Of a stretch of DNA of 36,109 bases, positions 1-8,339 are shown in pieces. Each line of letters begins with the position of its first letter. The stretch's first letter is position 1. The notes under the pieces are model-generated. The model was not told the origin of the DNA and searched no databases. It saw only the letters and a list, made by a program, of their open reading frames with translations. The DNA comes from an uncultured Thermotogae bacterium. GTDB lineage: Bacteria; Bipolaricaulota; Bipolaricaulia; UBA7950; UBA9294. Where the stretch lies: NCBI GenBank assembly GCA_964635895.1, contig CAZWQN010000005.1, positions 1 through 36,109 of the forward strand. Reading direction: 5' to 3'. A program made the position numbers and the translations under genes.

Positions 1-6
1 GCGCGG

Positions 7-480
7 TCACCATCCCTGAACCTGGATCACGACTTCGCGCTCGCGCGGCCGGTCCAGCTCGACGAGGAACACGCTCTGCCACCGCCCGAGCGCAAGCCGT
101 CCGCCCATCACGGGGATCGTCTCGCTCGCGCTGAGCATCAGGTGCTGGCAGTGCGAGTGCCCGTTCGGACACTCGTCGTCGGTCATGTTCGCCGTACGAA
201 TGACGAAGTCGTTGTGGCGGTACTCCGCCTCGCGGGGCGCGCTGGTCTCCAGGAAGCGGGCCATGTCTCTGAGCAGGAGCGGCTCGTTCTCGTTGATCTT
301 GACGGCCGCCGTCGTGTGGCGCGAGAACACAGTCACCGTCCCGTCCTGGACCCCCGACGCCTCGACCGCTGCGGCGACCTCGTCCGTGATGTCGATGAAC
401 TCCGGCGCCGTCTGCGCAATCCGGTGGATCGCGACGCGGTGCATTCTCATCGCCACGCCGTCCTCGATCGTCGTGCGCAT
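7..480 (-). CDS. yjbQ: YjbQ/UPF0047 family protein (secondary thiamine-phosphate synthase family)
   Basis: Motifs FIDITDEV, HTTAAVKINENEP, NGHSH, LGRWQSVFLVELD. ATG at 480 follows a purine-rich SD-like GAGGGGTGAGGA; an alternative GTG at 498 overlaps the ispH stop. Confidence 0.85.
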   Translation of the reverse strand: MRTTIEDGVAMRMHRVAIHRIAQTAPEFIDITDEVAAAVEASGVQDGTVTVFSRHTTAAVKINENEPLLLRDMARFLETSAPREAEYRHNDFVIRTANMTDDECPNGHSHCQHLMLSASETIPVMGGRLALGRWQSVFLVELDRPREREVVIQVQGW

Positions 481-494
481 ATCCTCACCCCTCT

Positions 495-1364
495 TCACTT
501 CTCTGCCTCCAGACTCCCTCCGGCGCGGCCGCGCAGCCGCCGAACGACGTCCTCGATGACGTTATCCGGCGTCGACGCCCCCGCCGTCACCCCGAACCTC
601 TTCCCGGAAGCCAGCCACTCGTCCTCGATCTCGCCCGCGGACTCGATGTGGTGGGTCGGAACCCCCGTCGCCCGGCACGTCTCCGCGAGCTTGCGCGTGT
701 TCGCCGAGCTGCGGCTTCCCACGACGAGGAGCGCGTCGACGCGCACGGCCAACTCCGCGGCCGCCTGGTAGCGTCGCCCCGTCTCCGGACACGTCGTGTC
801 GACGATGCGCATCTCGGGCACTCGCCCGGTGTAGCGCTTGACCAGCTCCTGAACGAACTCGGCGAACATCGCCGGGCTCTTCGTCGTCTGCGAGATCACG
901 GCGATGCCCTTCTCTCCGATCGGAACCGCGATGTCGGGCGACTGCGTGGCGACGCCGCGTCCGCGCGTCCACGACAGGATCCCCCGCACCTCGGGATGCT
1001 CGGCCTCGCCGTACAGGACGACGCTGTATCCCTCCTCGACGAGCCGCGCCGCCGCATGCTGCGCCCGGCGGACGATCGGGCAGGTCGTGTCGACGAGCCG
1101 CAGGCCGCGGCGCTCGATCTCGGCGTACACCTCTTCGCCGGCGCCGTGGGCGGTGATCGCCACCGTCCCGCCCTCGGGGACCTCGTCGAGACTCGTCGCC
1201 ATCCGCGCGCCCTTGGCCGCCAGCGCGTCGACGACGTGAGCGTTGTGCACGATGGCGCCGAGGGTGTGGAGCGGGCCCTGCTCGGCAAGCTCGGTCTCGA
1301 TCCGCTGGACCGCGCGGCGCACGCCGCCGCAGAACCCGAGGACCTTGGCCTTGGCGATCGTCAT
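495..1364 (-). CDS. ispH: 4-hydroxy-3-methylbut-2-enyl diphosphate reductase (IspH/LytB)
   Basis: C-terminal part of ORF 495..3278. GFCGGVRRA, IVHN, AHG, DTTCP, SQTT, second DTTCP, SSANT, GVTAGASTP; three cluster Cys. The ATG overlaps the shc stop (ATGA). Confidence 0.93.
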   Translation of the reverse strand: MTIAKAKVLGFCGGVRRAVQRIETELAEQGPLHTLGAIVHNAHVVDALAAKGARMATSLDEVPEGGTVAITAHGAGEEVYAEIERRGLRLVDTTCPIVRRAQHAAARLVEEGYSVVLYGEAEHPEVRGILSWTRGRGVATQSPDIAVPIGEKGIAVISQTTKSPAMFAEFVQELVKRYTGRVPEMRIVDTTCPETGRRYQAAAELAVRVDALLVVGSRSSANTRKLAETCRATGVPTHHIESAGEIEDEWLASGKRFGVTAGASTPDNVIEDVVRRLRGRAGGSLEAEK

Positions 1365-3412
1365 CGCGCGCCGTCCTTGGCGACGCGGCCAGCTTGCGCC
1401 TCCGCAGCTTCGGCGGGCTTTCCAGCGACGGGCGGAACGCCTTCTGTCGCCCGTCGCCAGCGCCCAAGGGCCATCAGCGGGAAGACGTCGCGGTATAGGT
1501 GGTAGCGGATCATGAAGTCGGTCGGGAATCCCGTCCCCGTGAACGTCGCTTCGTCCCAGCCACCCTCCTCGTTCTGCGTCTCGGCGAGGTAGCGGATGCC
1601 GCGCTCCGTTGCCGGGTTGTCCACCTCTCCGGCGGCAACGAGCGCCAGCAGGGCCCACGCCGTCTGCGATGCCGTCGACGGACCGCGGCCTCTCCACACA
1701 GGGTCGTAGTACCCCTCGATCTTCTCTCCCCAGCCTCCGTCCGGATTCTGGCGCGCGAGCAGCCACTCGACCGCCCGGCGCACGTACGGCGCGCTCATGT
1801 CCTCGCCGACAGCGGCGAGCCCCGGGAGGACCGCGCCGGTCCCGTAGATCAGGTTCACGCCCCAGCGGCCGTACCACGCGCCGTCCGGCTCCTGCTCCCG
1901 GCGGAGGTAGTCGAGCGCACGCCGAATCACGGGATCGCTCGCCCGACGGCCCAGCCGGCCGAAGTACTCGACGATGTGGCCGGTGACGTCGACGGAGGGG
2001 GGGTCGATCATCTCGCCGAAGTCGGCGAACGGGATGTCGCGCGTCCACGTCTGGTCGTTGTTTCGATCGAACGCGCCCCAACCGCCGTTTGTGCTCTGCA
2101 TCCCGACGAGCCAGCGCGCGCCGCGGTCGAGGGCCGCCGCCTTTCGCGCCGGGGCGAGGTCGATCGCTGAGAGCGCGAGAAGCACCACGGCGCTGTCGTC
2201 GGTGTCGGGGTAGACGTCGTTCTGGAACTCGAACGCCCACCCGCCGGGCGGGGCATCGCAGCGAACCTGCCAGTCGCCATCGCCCAGGATCTGCTCGTCG
2301 AGGAGCCACTCGCCGGCCCGCACGAGGGCGGGATGGTCGCCGGACACCCCGGCGTCCTCGAGCGCCATCGCCGCGAGACCGGTGTCCCACACCGGCGACA
2401 GACACGACTGCAGATGGAAGGGGGCGTCGCCCCCGGCGGCCGCGTCCCCCACCGTGGCGCTCATCGCGAACCCCTGCGGGCCGTAGAAGCCGGCGAACCC
2501 CTTCGCGAGTGGGCCGTCCTCGTCGAGCCGGTAGCCGAGGAGTTGGAGCGCGATGAGCGAGTAGACCCACGGCGGCTGTATCCCGCCCCACGCGCCGTCG
2601 GCCTCTTGACGTTCGAGGATCCAGCGCTCCGCCTTGCGGATCGCCGTCTTGCGGAGCGGCTTGTACGGGAGCCTGGCGTAGGCGCGGAAGAGCCGGTCGG
2701 CCAGAAGGAAGAGGCGGGCTCGCGGCGTCCGCTTCGTCGCCGGCACGCGCAGGTCGGCGTTCGCGCGTCCGTTGACGTACAGCTCGTCGATCCTCGCTTC
2801 CGCGGGAAGCGGAACGACCGGCTTGCGATCCATGACGATCGCGAGCGGAACGATCGTCTGCCGCGCCCAGCAGCCGAACGAGTAGATGCTGATTGGGAAC
2901 CACGACGGCAGAAGGACGATCTCGGGCGGGAGCGCGGGGAGTCCCCGCCAGTCCCACTCGCCCGTCATCGCAAGCCAGATCTTGGTGAAGACGCGCGCCC
3001 TCTCGACGCCGCCCTTCGCGAGGATGAATGACCTCGCCTTCTCCATCTCCGGCCGATCGACCGAGATCCCCGCCATCTTGAGCGCGACGTAGGCCTCGAT
3101 CGTCGTCGACAGCTCCGCCGGGCCGTCGAACCAGTTGGCCCATGTCCCGTCGCCGCGCTGCTTCTCGAGGATGTACGCGGCGGCCCGCGACCGCTCGCCC
3201 TCGTCCGTGTTTCCGAGGATGTGGCGCAGGAAGACGTGCTCGGCGGTGATCGTCACGTTCGACTCGAGCTCGGCCCACCAGTAGCCGGCGTCGTTCTGGA
3301 TCGAGAGAAGGTGGTCGACGGCATTGCCGATGGCCCGATCAAGGTCGGCCACTTCGGCGACAGCGGGACCTGTCGCGATTGGCTCTTTCGTGGCTCGTAC
3401 CACGCTAGCCAT
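1361..3412 (-). CDS. shc: Squalene-hopene cyclase
   Basis: Catalytic YPDTDD (DxDD), SPVWDT, GGWAFEF, WGGIQPPW, QW repeats (QNDAGYW, QEPDGAW, QNPDGGW, QNEEGGW), FTGTGFP; SD GAGGGAG. Confidence 0.97.
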   Translation of the reverse strand: MASVVRATKEPIATGPAVAEVADLDRAIGNAVDHLLSIQNDAGYWWAELESNVTITAEHVFLRHILGNTDEGERSRAAAYILEKQRGDGTWANWFDGPAELSTTIEAYVALKMAGISVDRPEMEKARSFILAKGGVERARVFTKIWLAMTGEWDWRGLPALPPEIVLLPSWFPISIYSFGCWARQTIVPLAIVMDRKPVVPLPAEARIDELYVNGRANADLRVPATKRTPRARLFLLADRLFRAYARLPYKPLRKTAIRKAERWILERQEADGAWGGIQPPWVYSLIALQLLGYRLDEDGPLAKGFAGFYGPQGFAMSATVGDAAAGGDAPFHLQSCLSPVWDTGLAAMALEDAGVSGDHPALVRAGEWLLDEQILGDGDWQVRCDAPPGGWAFEFQNDVYPDTDDSAVVLLALSAIDLAPARKAAALDRGARWLVGMQSTNGGWGAFDRNNDQTWTRDIPFADFGEMIDPPSVDVTGHIVEYFGRLGRRASDPVIRRALDYLRREQEPDGAWYGRWGVNLIYGTGAVLPGLAAVGEDMSAPYVRRAVEWLLARQNPDGGWGEKIEGYYDPVWRGRGPSTASQTAWALLALVAAGEVDNPATERGIRYLAETQNEEGGWDEATFTGTGFPTDFMIRYHLYRDVFPLMALGRWRRATEGVPPVAGKPAEAAEAQAGRVAKDGAR

Positions 3413-4469
3413 GCCGTCTCCCTCGGTCCAGGAACCCCCGCACGGCGCCGACGATCTCGTCGGCCAGGCGATCCTCGGGGACCGCGGTCGCCGTCGGCTC
3501 GCCCCCCACGTACACGGTCCCCTGGCCGCGGCCTCCGACGAGGCCGACGTCGGCGTCCTTCACCTCGCCGAGCCCGTTCACCACGCATCCCATCAGCGCA
3601 ACCTTCACCGGGTCGACGACATCGTCGAGCGAGCGGCGGACCTCGCCGGCGATCCGCGCGAGGTCGATGCCCGTGCGGCCGCACGTCGGGCAGACGTGGA
3701 GATCGACGCCGCGGTGACGCAACCCGAGCGAGCGCAGGATCTCGTACGCCGCGCGGACCTCGTCGACCGGGTCGCCGGCGAGGGAGACCCGCAGGGTGTC
3801 GCCGAGTCCCTCGGCAAGCAGGATGCCCAGGCCGACGGCGGAGCGGATCGCCCCCTCCCACGCGGTTCCCGCCTCGGTGATCCCGATGTGAAGCGGGTAG
3901 TCGACCTCGGACGCGACAGCGCGGTACGCGTCGACGGTCATCCGCACGTCGGTCGCTTTGAGGGACAGGACGATGTTTGCGACACCGTGGCGTTCGAGGA
4001 GGCGCACCTCGTGAAGCGCGCTTTCCACCATTCCCGCGGCCGTCGGCCGCCCGTGCGCGTCCAAGTACTCCTTGGCGAGGGATCCCGAGTTCGCTCCGAC
4101 GCGGATCGGAATGCCGGCCCTGAGCGCCGCCTCGGCGACCTCGCCGATCCGCGCGGGGTCAGTGATGTTCCCCGGGTTCAGGCGCAGCTTGTCGACGCCG
4201 GCAGCGATCGCAGCCAGCGCAAGGCGGTAGTCGAAGTGGATGTCGGCGACGAGGGGGATCGAGATCGCCCGCCGGATCTCGGGGAGCGCCTCGGCCGCGG
4301 CGAAGTCGGGGACCGCGACCCGGACGATCTCGCACCCGGCTGCCTCGAGCCGTCCGATCTGGGCCACCGTCGCCGCGACGCCGACCGTGCTCGTGTTCGT
4401 CATCGATTGGACGACGATCGGAGCCCCGCCGCCGATAGGCACATCGCCCACAGTCACTCGCCGCGTCAT
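3405..4469 (-). CDS. ispG: (E)-4-hydroxy-3-methylbut-2-enyl diphosphate synthase (IspG/GcpE)
   Basis: IGGGAPIVVQSMTNT, PLVADIHFDY, RLNPGNI, LHIGITEAG, GDTLRVSL, CPTCGR, MGCVVNG. Start taken at the ATG overlapping the upstream stop (ATGA). Confidence 0.95.
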   Translation of the reverse strand: MTRRVTVGDVPIGGGAPIVVQSMTNTSTVGVAATVAQIGRLEAAGCEIVRVAVPDFAAAEALPEIRRAISIPLVADIHFDYRLALAAIAAGVDKLRLNPGNITDPARIGEVAEAALRAGIPIRVGANSGSLAKEYLDAHGRPTAAGMVESALHEVRLLERHGVANIVLSLKATDVRMTVDAYRAVASEVDYPLHIGITEAGTAWEGAIRSAVGLGILLAEGLGDTLRVSLAGDPVDEVRAAYEILRSLGLRHRGVDLHVCPTCGRTGIDLARIAGEVRRSLDDVVDPVKVALMGCVVNGLGEVKDADVGLVGGRGQGTVYVGGEPTATAVPEDRLADEIVGAVRGFLDRGRRHG

Positions 4470-5098
4470 TCGACCGCCTCCCCAAGAGCGTCCGCCACCG
4501 CGGCCACGGCGCGGCCGACCTGGCGTCCAGCAAGCGTCGAACCGCGGTAGAGGGCGAGGGTGGCCCCGAGGTGGCGCAGCATCGTCCACCAAAGGGGGCC
4601 GGGGCCCGAGAAAGGCATCTCCACCTCCGCAGAGTCGAGGACGACGCGACACGAGAGGAACGGCACGCCGCGGGCCGCCGCCCATCGAGCGAGCGGGCCG
4701 CTCTCGAGGTCTACGCTCTTCGCCCCCGTCTTCGCCAGCTCGCGTTTCTCGTCCGCGCCGGCGACGGCTCCGACGCAGGCGCACGGCCCGGTCCACACCG
4801 ACAACGCAAGCTCGTCGAGCGCCCCGCGGGCTCGGTCGACGAGGGCGCCGGAGATGGGGAGCGTCTCGCCACGGTGTAGGATCGTCCGCGCGAGAAAGAC
4901 GTCGCCGATCCGCATCCCGGGATCGAGGCCGCCGCAGAATCCGGTCGAGATGAGGAGCGCGGGTTCGATGCTCTTCCGACTCTGCGCCTCGAGGTCGGCG
5001 GCCGACGCCTCGCCCATCCGCGTCCGCACGACGCGAAGGCCGGGACGAGGCTCGACCCACTGGACCTCTCGCCGGAAAGAGCCCGCGACGACGATCAT
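4466..5098 (-). CDS. hpnG: Hopanoid-associated nucleoside phosphorylase (HpnG-like, PNP_UDP_1 fold)
   Basis: LISTGFCGGLDP, VDLESG, PFLSCRVVLD motifs of the MTA/SAH nucleosidase-phosphorylase fold. Lies between hpnH and ispG with ATGA overlaps on both sides. Confidence 0.75.
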   Translation of the reverse strand: MIVVAGSFRREVQWVEPRPGLRVVRTRMGEASAADLEAQSRKSIEPALLISTGFCGGLDPGMRIGDVFLARTILHRGETLPISGALVDRARGALDELALSVWTGPCACVGAVAGADEKRELAKTGAKSVDLESGPLARWAAARGVPFLSCRVVLDSAEVEMPFSGPGPLWWTMLRHLGATLALYRGSTLAGRQVGRAVAAVADALGEAVE

Positions 5099-6096
5099 CC
5101 CCACACCCCTCGCGCGACTCGGACGAGGGCCACCGGCTTGTGGAGCGCGTCGAGGATGCTCGCGCCCTCGAACGAGGAGTGCATCATGCAGTTCCCGCAA
5201 CGCGGGTCCACGCCCGGCCCGTAGTTCGCCCACACCTCCGGCGAAAACAGCTCCGCGACGTCGTCGGTGTGCCGATCGGCGAGCGCGTAGCACGGAAGCC
5301 GCCAGCCCTTGACGGTGTACGTCACCGTGGTCCACGCCGCGCAGTCGTACTCGCGTTCCCCGCGCAGGAAGTCAAGATAGAGCGGGTTGTTGTAGAACGG
5401 GAACCCCTTCGTCGGGTCGAGGACACGGCGGAACACGGCCACCGACTCCTGCCGCGCGAGGAAGAGGTCGCGGTCGGAGACATCGCCGTACGCGTACCCC
5501 GGCGAAACCATCAGCCCTTCGACGCCGAGCGCCTGGAGGCTCGCGAAGAGGGCGTGCAGGTCCTCGGCGTCCGACCCGTGGAAAAGCGTCGTGTTCGTGC
5601 AAACGCGGTGCCCGCGGGCCACGGCCTCGCGGATTCCGGCGATCGCCGTCGCGTAGGTGCCGGGTCGCCCCGTCACGCGATCGTGGACCGCTTCGGTGCC
5701 GTCGAGATGGACGACGAAGGCCAGTTGGCGTGAGGGGGGGAACAGGTCGAGCTTCTCCTCAAGCAGGAGCCCGTTCGTGCACAGGTACAGGTAGCGCCCG
5801 TCGTCCTTCAGCGCGCGAACGATCTCGCCGATTCCCCAGTGCAGGAGCGGCTCGCCTCCCGAGATGGACACGATCGGCGCATCCGACGCGCGGACCGCGG
5901 CGAGACAGGCGTCGACGTCGAGGCGACGATCGACCACGTCGCGGTACTCGCGGACCCGCCCGCAGCCCGCGCAGGCGAGGTTGCACGCCTCGAGAGGCTC
6001 GAGCATCGTGACGAACGGGAACCGCTTCCGCCGCAGCAGCTTGTTGCCGGCAATGTGCCGCGCCACCGCCGCGTCCAGCCGGAACGGACGACTCAT
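5095..6096 (-). CDS. hpnH: Adenosyl-hopene transferase HpnH (radical SAM)
   Basis: MLEPLEACNLACAGCG (CxxxCxxC), SISGGEPLLH, LCTNG, VHLDG, SPGYAY, C-terminal PCY and CGNCMMH; located in the shc cluster. Confidence 0.9.
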   Translation of the reverse strand: MSRPFRLDAAVARHIAGNKLLRRKRFPFVTMLEPLEACNLACAGCGRVREYRDVVDRRLDVDACLAAVRASDAPIVSISGGEPLLHWGIGEIVRALKDDGRYLYLCTNGLLLEEKLDLFPPSRQLAFVVHLDGTEAVHDRVTGRPGTYATAIAGIREAVARGHRVCTNTTLFHGSDAEDLHALFASLQALGVEGLMVSPGYAYGDVSDRDLFLARQESVAVFRRVLDPTKGFPFYNNPLYLDFLRGEREYDCAAWTTVTYTVKGWRLPCYALADRHTDDVAELFSPEVWANYGPGVDPRCGNCMMHSSFEGASILDALHKPVALVRVARGVWG

Positions 6097-7079
6097 CGCT
6101 CCCTCCCTGCGAGGTAGCCGAACAGCGCCCGCGCCTCGCTCTTTCCCTGCGGCGAGAACGGCAGGGCTTCGAGCCCCGCCTCGGCCTCGGCCAGGTACTC
6201 CCGCACCTTCTGCGCGCCTTCATCGCGCGCGCCCAGTCGCTCCATCGTCTCGATCACCCAGCGCGCGTCGGACTCCGACACCGGCTCGCTGGCGTAGATG
6301 GCCTCCAAGCGCGCCCGATCTCCGGCCGTGGCGTGCGAGAACGCGGCCGCCACGGGGAACGACTTCTTCCGTCGGCCGACGTCCGAGCCGCGCGGCTTGC
6401 CGAGGGCGTCGCCGTTCCCCCAGACGCCGAGAAGGTCGTCCTGGATCTGGAACGCGCGCCCGACGGAGCGCCCCAGGATTCTGAGTTGTCCGCGAACCTT
6501 CGCGTCGGCGCCCGCGACGATCCCGCCGAGCTCGAACGCGCAACGCAGGAGCGTCCCCGTCTTCCGATCAACCATGTCGAGGTACTCGTCGACCGTCGCC
6601 GCGCGGCGCTCGAAGGCAAGATCAAGCGACTGTCCCTCGATCATCTCCGCCGTCGCGGCCGCCAAAGCCGCCGCGGCCTCGCTCCCGGCTCGGAGAACCA
6701 CGGAAGTCGAGATCGCGTGCATGAGGTCGCCGGCGTTGATCGCCTCGGCGATCCCGTACCTCGCCCAGACGGTCGGTCGCCCGCGGCGCGTCCGGTCCTG
6801 GTCCTGGATGTCATCGTGGATGAGCGAGAAGTTGTGGACGAGCTCGAGGCCGACGGCCGCGGGGAGCGCCTTCGCCATCGGCGCCCCCAGCTCCTCGGCG
6901 ACGAACAGGACGAGACTCGGGCGAAGGAGCTTTCCCATCCCGTCGATCGCGACGCCGTCTTCGTCCTCCAGGCCCACGTGGAGCCGGAGCGCCCGCAGGA
7001 GCGGCGTGCCGCCGCGCAGAGCGTCGCCCATCGCGACGCGGAGTTCGTCTCGGTGTGCACGGAGGATCCGCGGCGTCAT
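6093..7079 (-). CDS. Trans-polyprenyl (FPP/GGPP) diphosphate synthase
   Basis: GKLLRP, HNFSLIHDDIQD (FARM), RRGRPT, GQSLD, KTG, FQIQDD (SARM), KKS. Alternative GTG start at 7088. Confidence 0.92.
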   Translation of the reverse strand: MTPRILRAHRDELRVAMGDALRGGTPLLRALRLHVGLEDEDGVAIDGMGKLLRPSLVLFVAEELGAPMAKALPAAVGLELVHNFSLIHDDIQDQDRTRRGRPTVWARYGIAEAINAGDLMHAISTSVVLRAGSEAAAALAAATAEMIEGQSLDLAFERRAATVDEYLDMVDRKTGTLLRCAFELGGIVAGADAKVRGQLRILGRSVGRAFQIQDDLLGVWGNGDALGKPRGSDVGRRKKSFPVAAAFSHATAGDRARLEAIYASEPVSESDARWVIETMERLGARDEGAQKVREYLAEAEAGLEALPFSPQGKSEARALFGYLAGRER

Positions 7080-7080
7080 C

Positions 7081-7701
7081 TCACCCACGCCCCGTGCCCG
7101 GAGCCCCGACGGCGAGTCCCAGCCGCTCGGCCGCGGCCACGAGGTCGGCGGCCGACCGTGCCCCCAACTTTCGCATCAGCCGCGCGCGGTGGTTGCGCAC
7201 CGTGTGGATGCTGCGGTGGAGCAGCAGGGCGATCTCGCCGTTCTTCTTCCCTTCGACCACGAGCTGGAGCACCTCCCGCTCCCTCGACGTCAACGCCTCG
7301 TCCGGCGGTTCGCCGCCGTCCACAAGGCAAGTCTCACCGGCCGCCACGCGGCGGACCACGTCGAGCAGGCGCTCGACGGCGGCGTCCTTGACGACGTAGC
7401 CGCGGGCCCCTGCCCGTCGCGCTCGAGCCACGAACGGAGCGTCGTCGTGCATCGTCAGGATGACGACGCCTGTTTGCGGCGAGAGACGGGCAATCCGCCG
7501 CGTCGCCTCCATGCCGTCGAGGAGCGGCATGGAGACGTCCACGAGCGCCACGTCGGGACGGTGGGCGCGCACTTCGCGGAGCAGGCTCCGCCCGTCTCCC
7601 GCCTCGGCGACGATCTCCACCCCGCTCGAGCCGAGCAGAGCCCGGATCCCCGACCGGACCAACGCGTGATCATCCGCAAGGACCACCCGAATGGACCCCA
7701 T
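7081..7701 (-). CDS. NarL/LuxR family response regulator (RR2)
   Basis: VVLADDH, phospho-acceptor in LVDVSMP, LTMH, YVVKD; LuxR HTH LTSREREVLQLVVEGKKNGEIA...HRARLMRKL. Confidence 0.92.
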   Translation of the reverse strand: MGSIRVVLADDHALVRSGIRALLGSSGVEIVAEAGDGRSLLREVRAHRPDVALVDVSMPLLDGMEATRRIARLSPQTGVVILTMHDDAPFVARARRAGARGYVVKDAAVERLLDVVRRVAAGETCLVDGGEPPDEALTSREREVLQLVVEGKKNGEIALLLHRSIHTVRNHRARLMRKLGARSAADLVAAAERLGLAVGAPGTGRG

Positions 7702-7707
7702 GCTCCG

Positions 7708-7713
7708 ATTGTA
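7708..7713 (-). promoter_or_regulatory. Putative -10 element (TACAAT) of a leaderless RR2 transcript
   Basis: Minus strand reads TACAAT-cggagc-ATG; no SD-like purine tract lies between the element and the start codon. Confidence 0.5.
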
Positions 7714-7716
7714 TGC

Positions 7717-7741
7717 CCCCATGTCGCGCCGCGACACGGGG
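7717..7741 (-). other. Inverted repeat between the two response regulators (hairpin or operator)
   Basis: Minus strand CCCCGTGTCGC-GGC-GCGACATGGGG: an 11-bp stem with one G:U pair and no U-tract. Confidence 0.5.
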
Positions 7742-7763
7742 AAACCGTACTCATTGGACTTCC

Positions 7764-8339
7764 CTAGAACGCGATCCGCCGTCCGTAGGCGACAAGGGCG
7801 GCCCGCGTGTGGATGTCCAGCTTCTGCATCAGGCGCTCGCAGTGCCCATCGACCGTCTTCCTCTGGATCCCGAGCTCGCGGGCGACCTCGTCGTTCGACC
7901 GCCCGGCCGCGACGAGCGCCAGGATCTCGCGCTCCCGTAGGGAAAGGCGATCCAAAGACGGGAGCGTCTCGCCGGCGGCCACCCGCCGGATCGCGTCGAC
8001 GAGCGCCTCTGCCGACGCGGACTTGGCGACGAGGCCACACGCCCCGCGCGCGATCGCCTCGGCCGCGTACTCCGGCTCGGAGTGCATCGACAGCATCAGG
8101 ACCCGCGTCTCGGGACTCACGCGACGGATCTCCGCGACGAGGTCGAGCCCGTCGGCGTCGGGGAGCGCGATGTCGAGGAGAAGCACGTCGGGACGGCACG
8201 CCGCCGCAAGCGTGAGCGTCCCCGCCCCGTCGCCGCACGAGCCGACGACGGTCAGGTCCTCTTCAAGGCCGAGGAGCCGCGCCAGTCCGTCGCGGACGAG
8301 CGCGTGGTCATCGACGATCGCGATCCGCGTCGTCCCCAC
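7764..8339 (-). CDS. NarL/LuxR family response regulator (RR1)
   Basis: IAIVDDH, LLDIALP, LSMH, LVAKS; HTH LSLREREILALVAAGRSNDEVA...LMQKLDI. GTG start with a GGAGG SD, overlapping the kinase 3' end. Confidence 0.92.
   Translation of the reverse strand: MGTTRIAIVDDHALVRDGLARLLGLEEDLTVVGSCGDGAGTLTLAAACRPDVLLLDIALPDADGLDLVAEIRRVSPETRVLMLSMHSEPEYAAEAIARGACGLVAKSASAEALVDAIRRVAAGETLPSLDRLSLREREILALVAAGRSNDEVARELGIQRKTVDGHCERLMQKLDIHTRAALVAYGRRIAF

Noticed and set aside
495-3278. 927-aa ORF suggesting a long IspH fusion or an shc-ispH frameshift product
   Set aside because: The N-terminal two-thirds is Arg/Gly/Pro-rich off-frame translation of shc. IspH homology starts at the ATG overlapping the shc stop, which is ordinary translational coupling.
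3405-5060. N-terminally extended IspG, and similarly extended ORFs 7081..8238, 8308..10089, 15988..17994, 22116..23579, 30841..31806
   Set aside because: The extensions overlap neighbouring real genes or intergenic DNA and have shadow-frame composition. Internal starts with SD, -10 or stop-start overlap fit better.
5170-5205. Cys-to-Ser change in the HpnH C-terminal CxxCxxH(C/S) motif as a sign of altered chemistry
   Set aside because: I recall Ser at this position in other HpnH sequences; not distinctive without an alignment.
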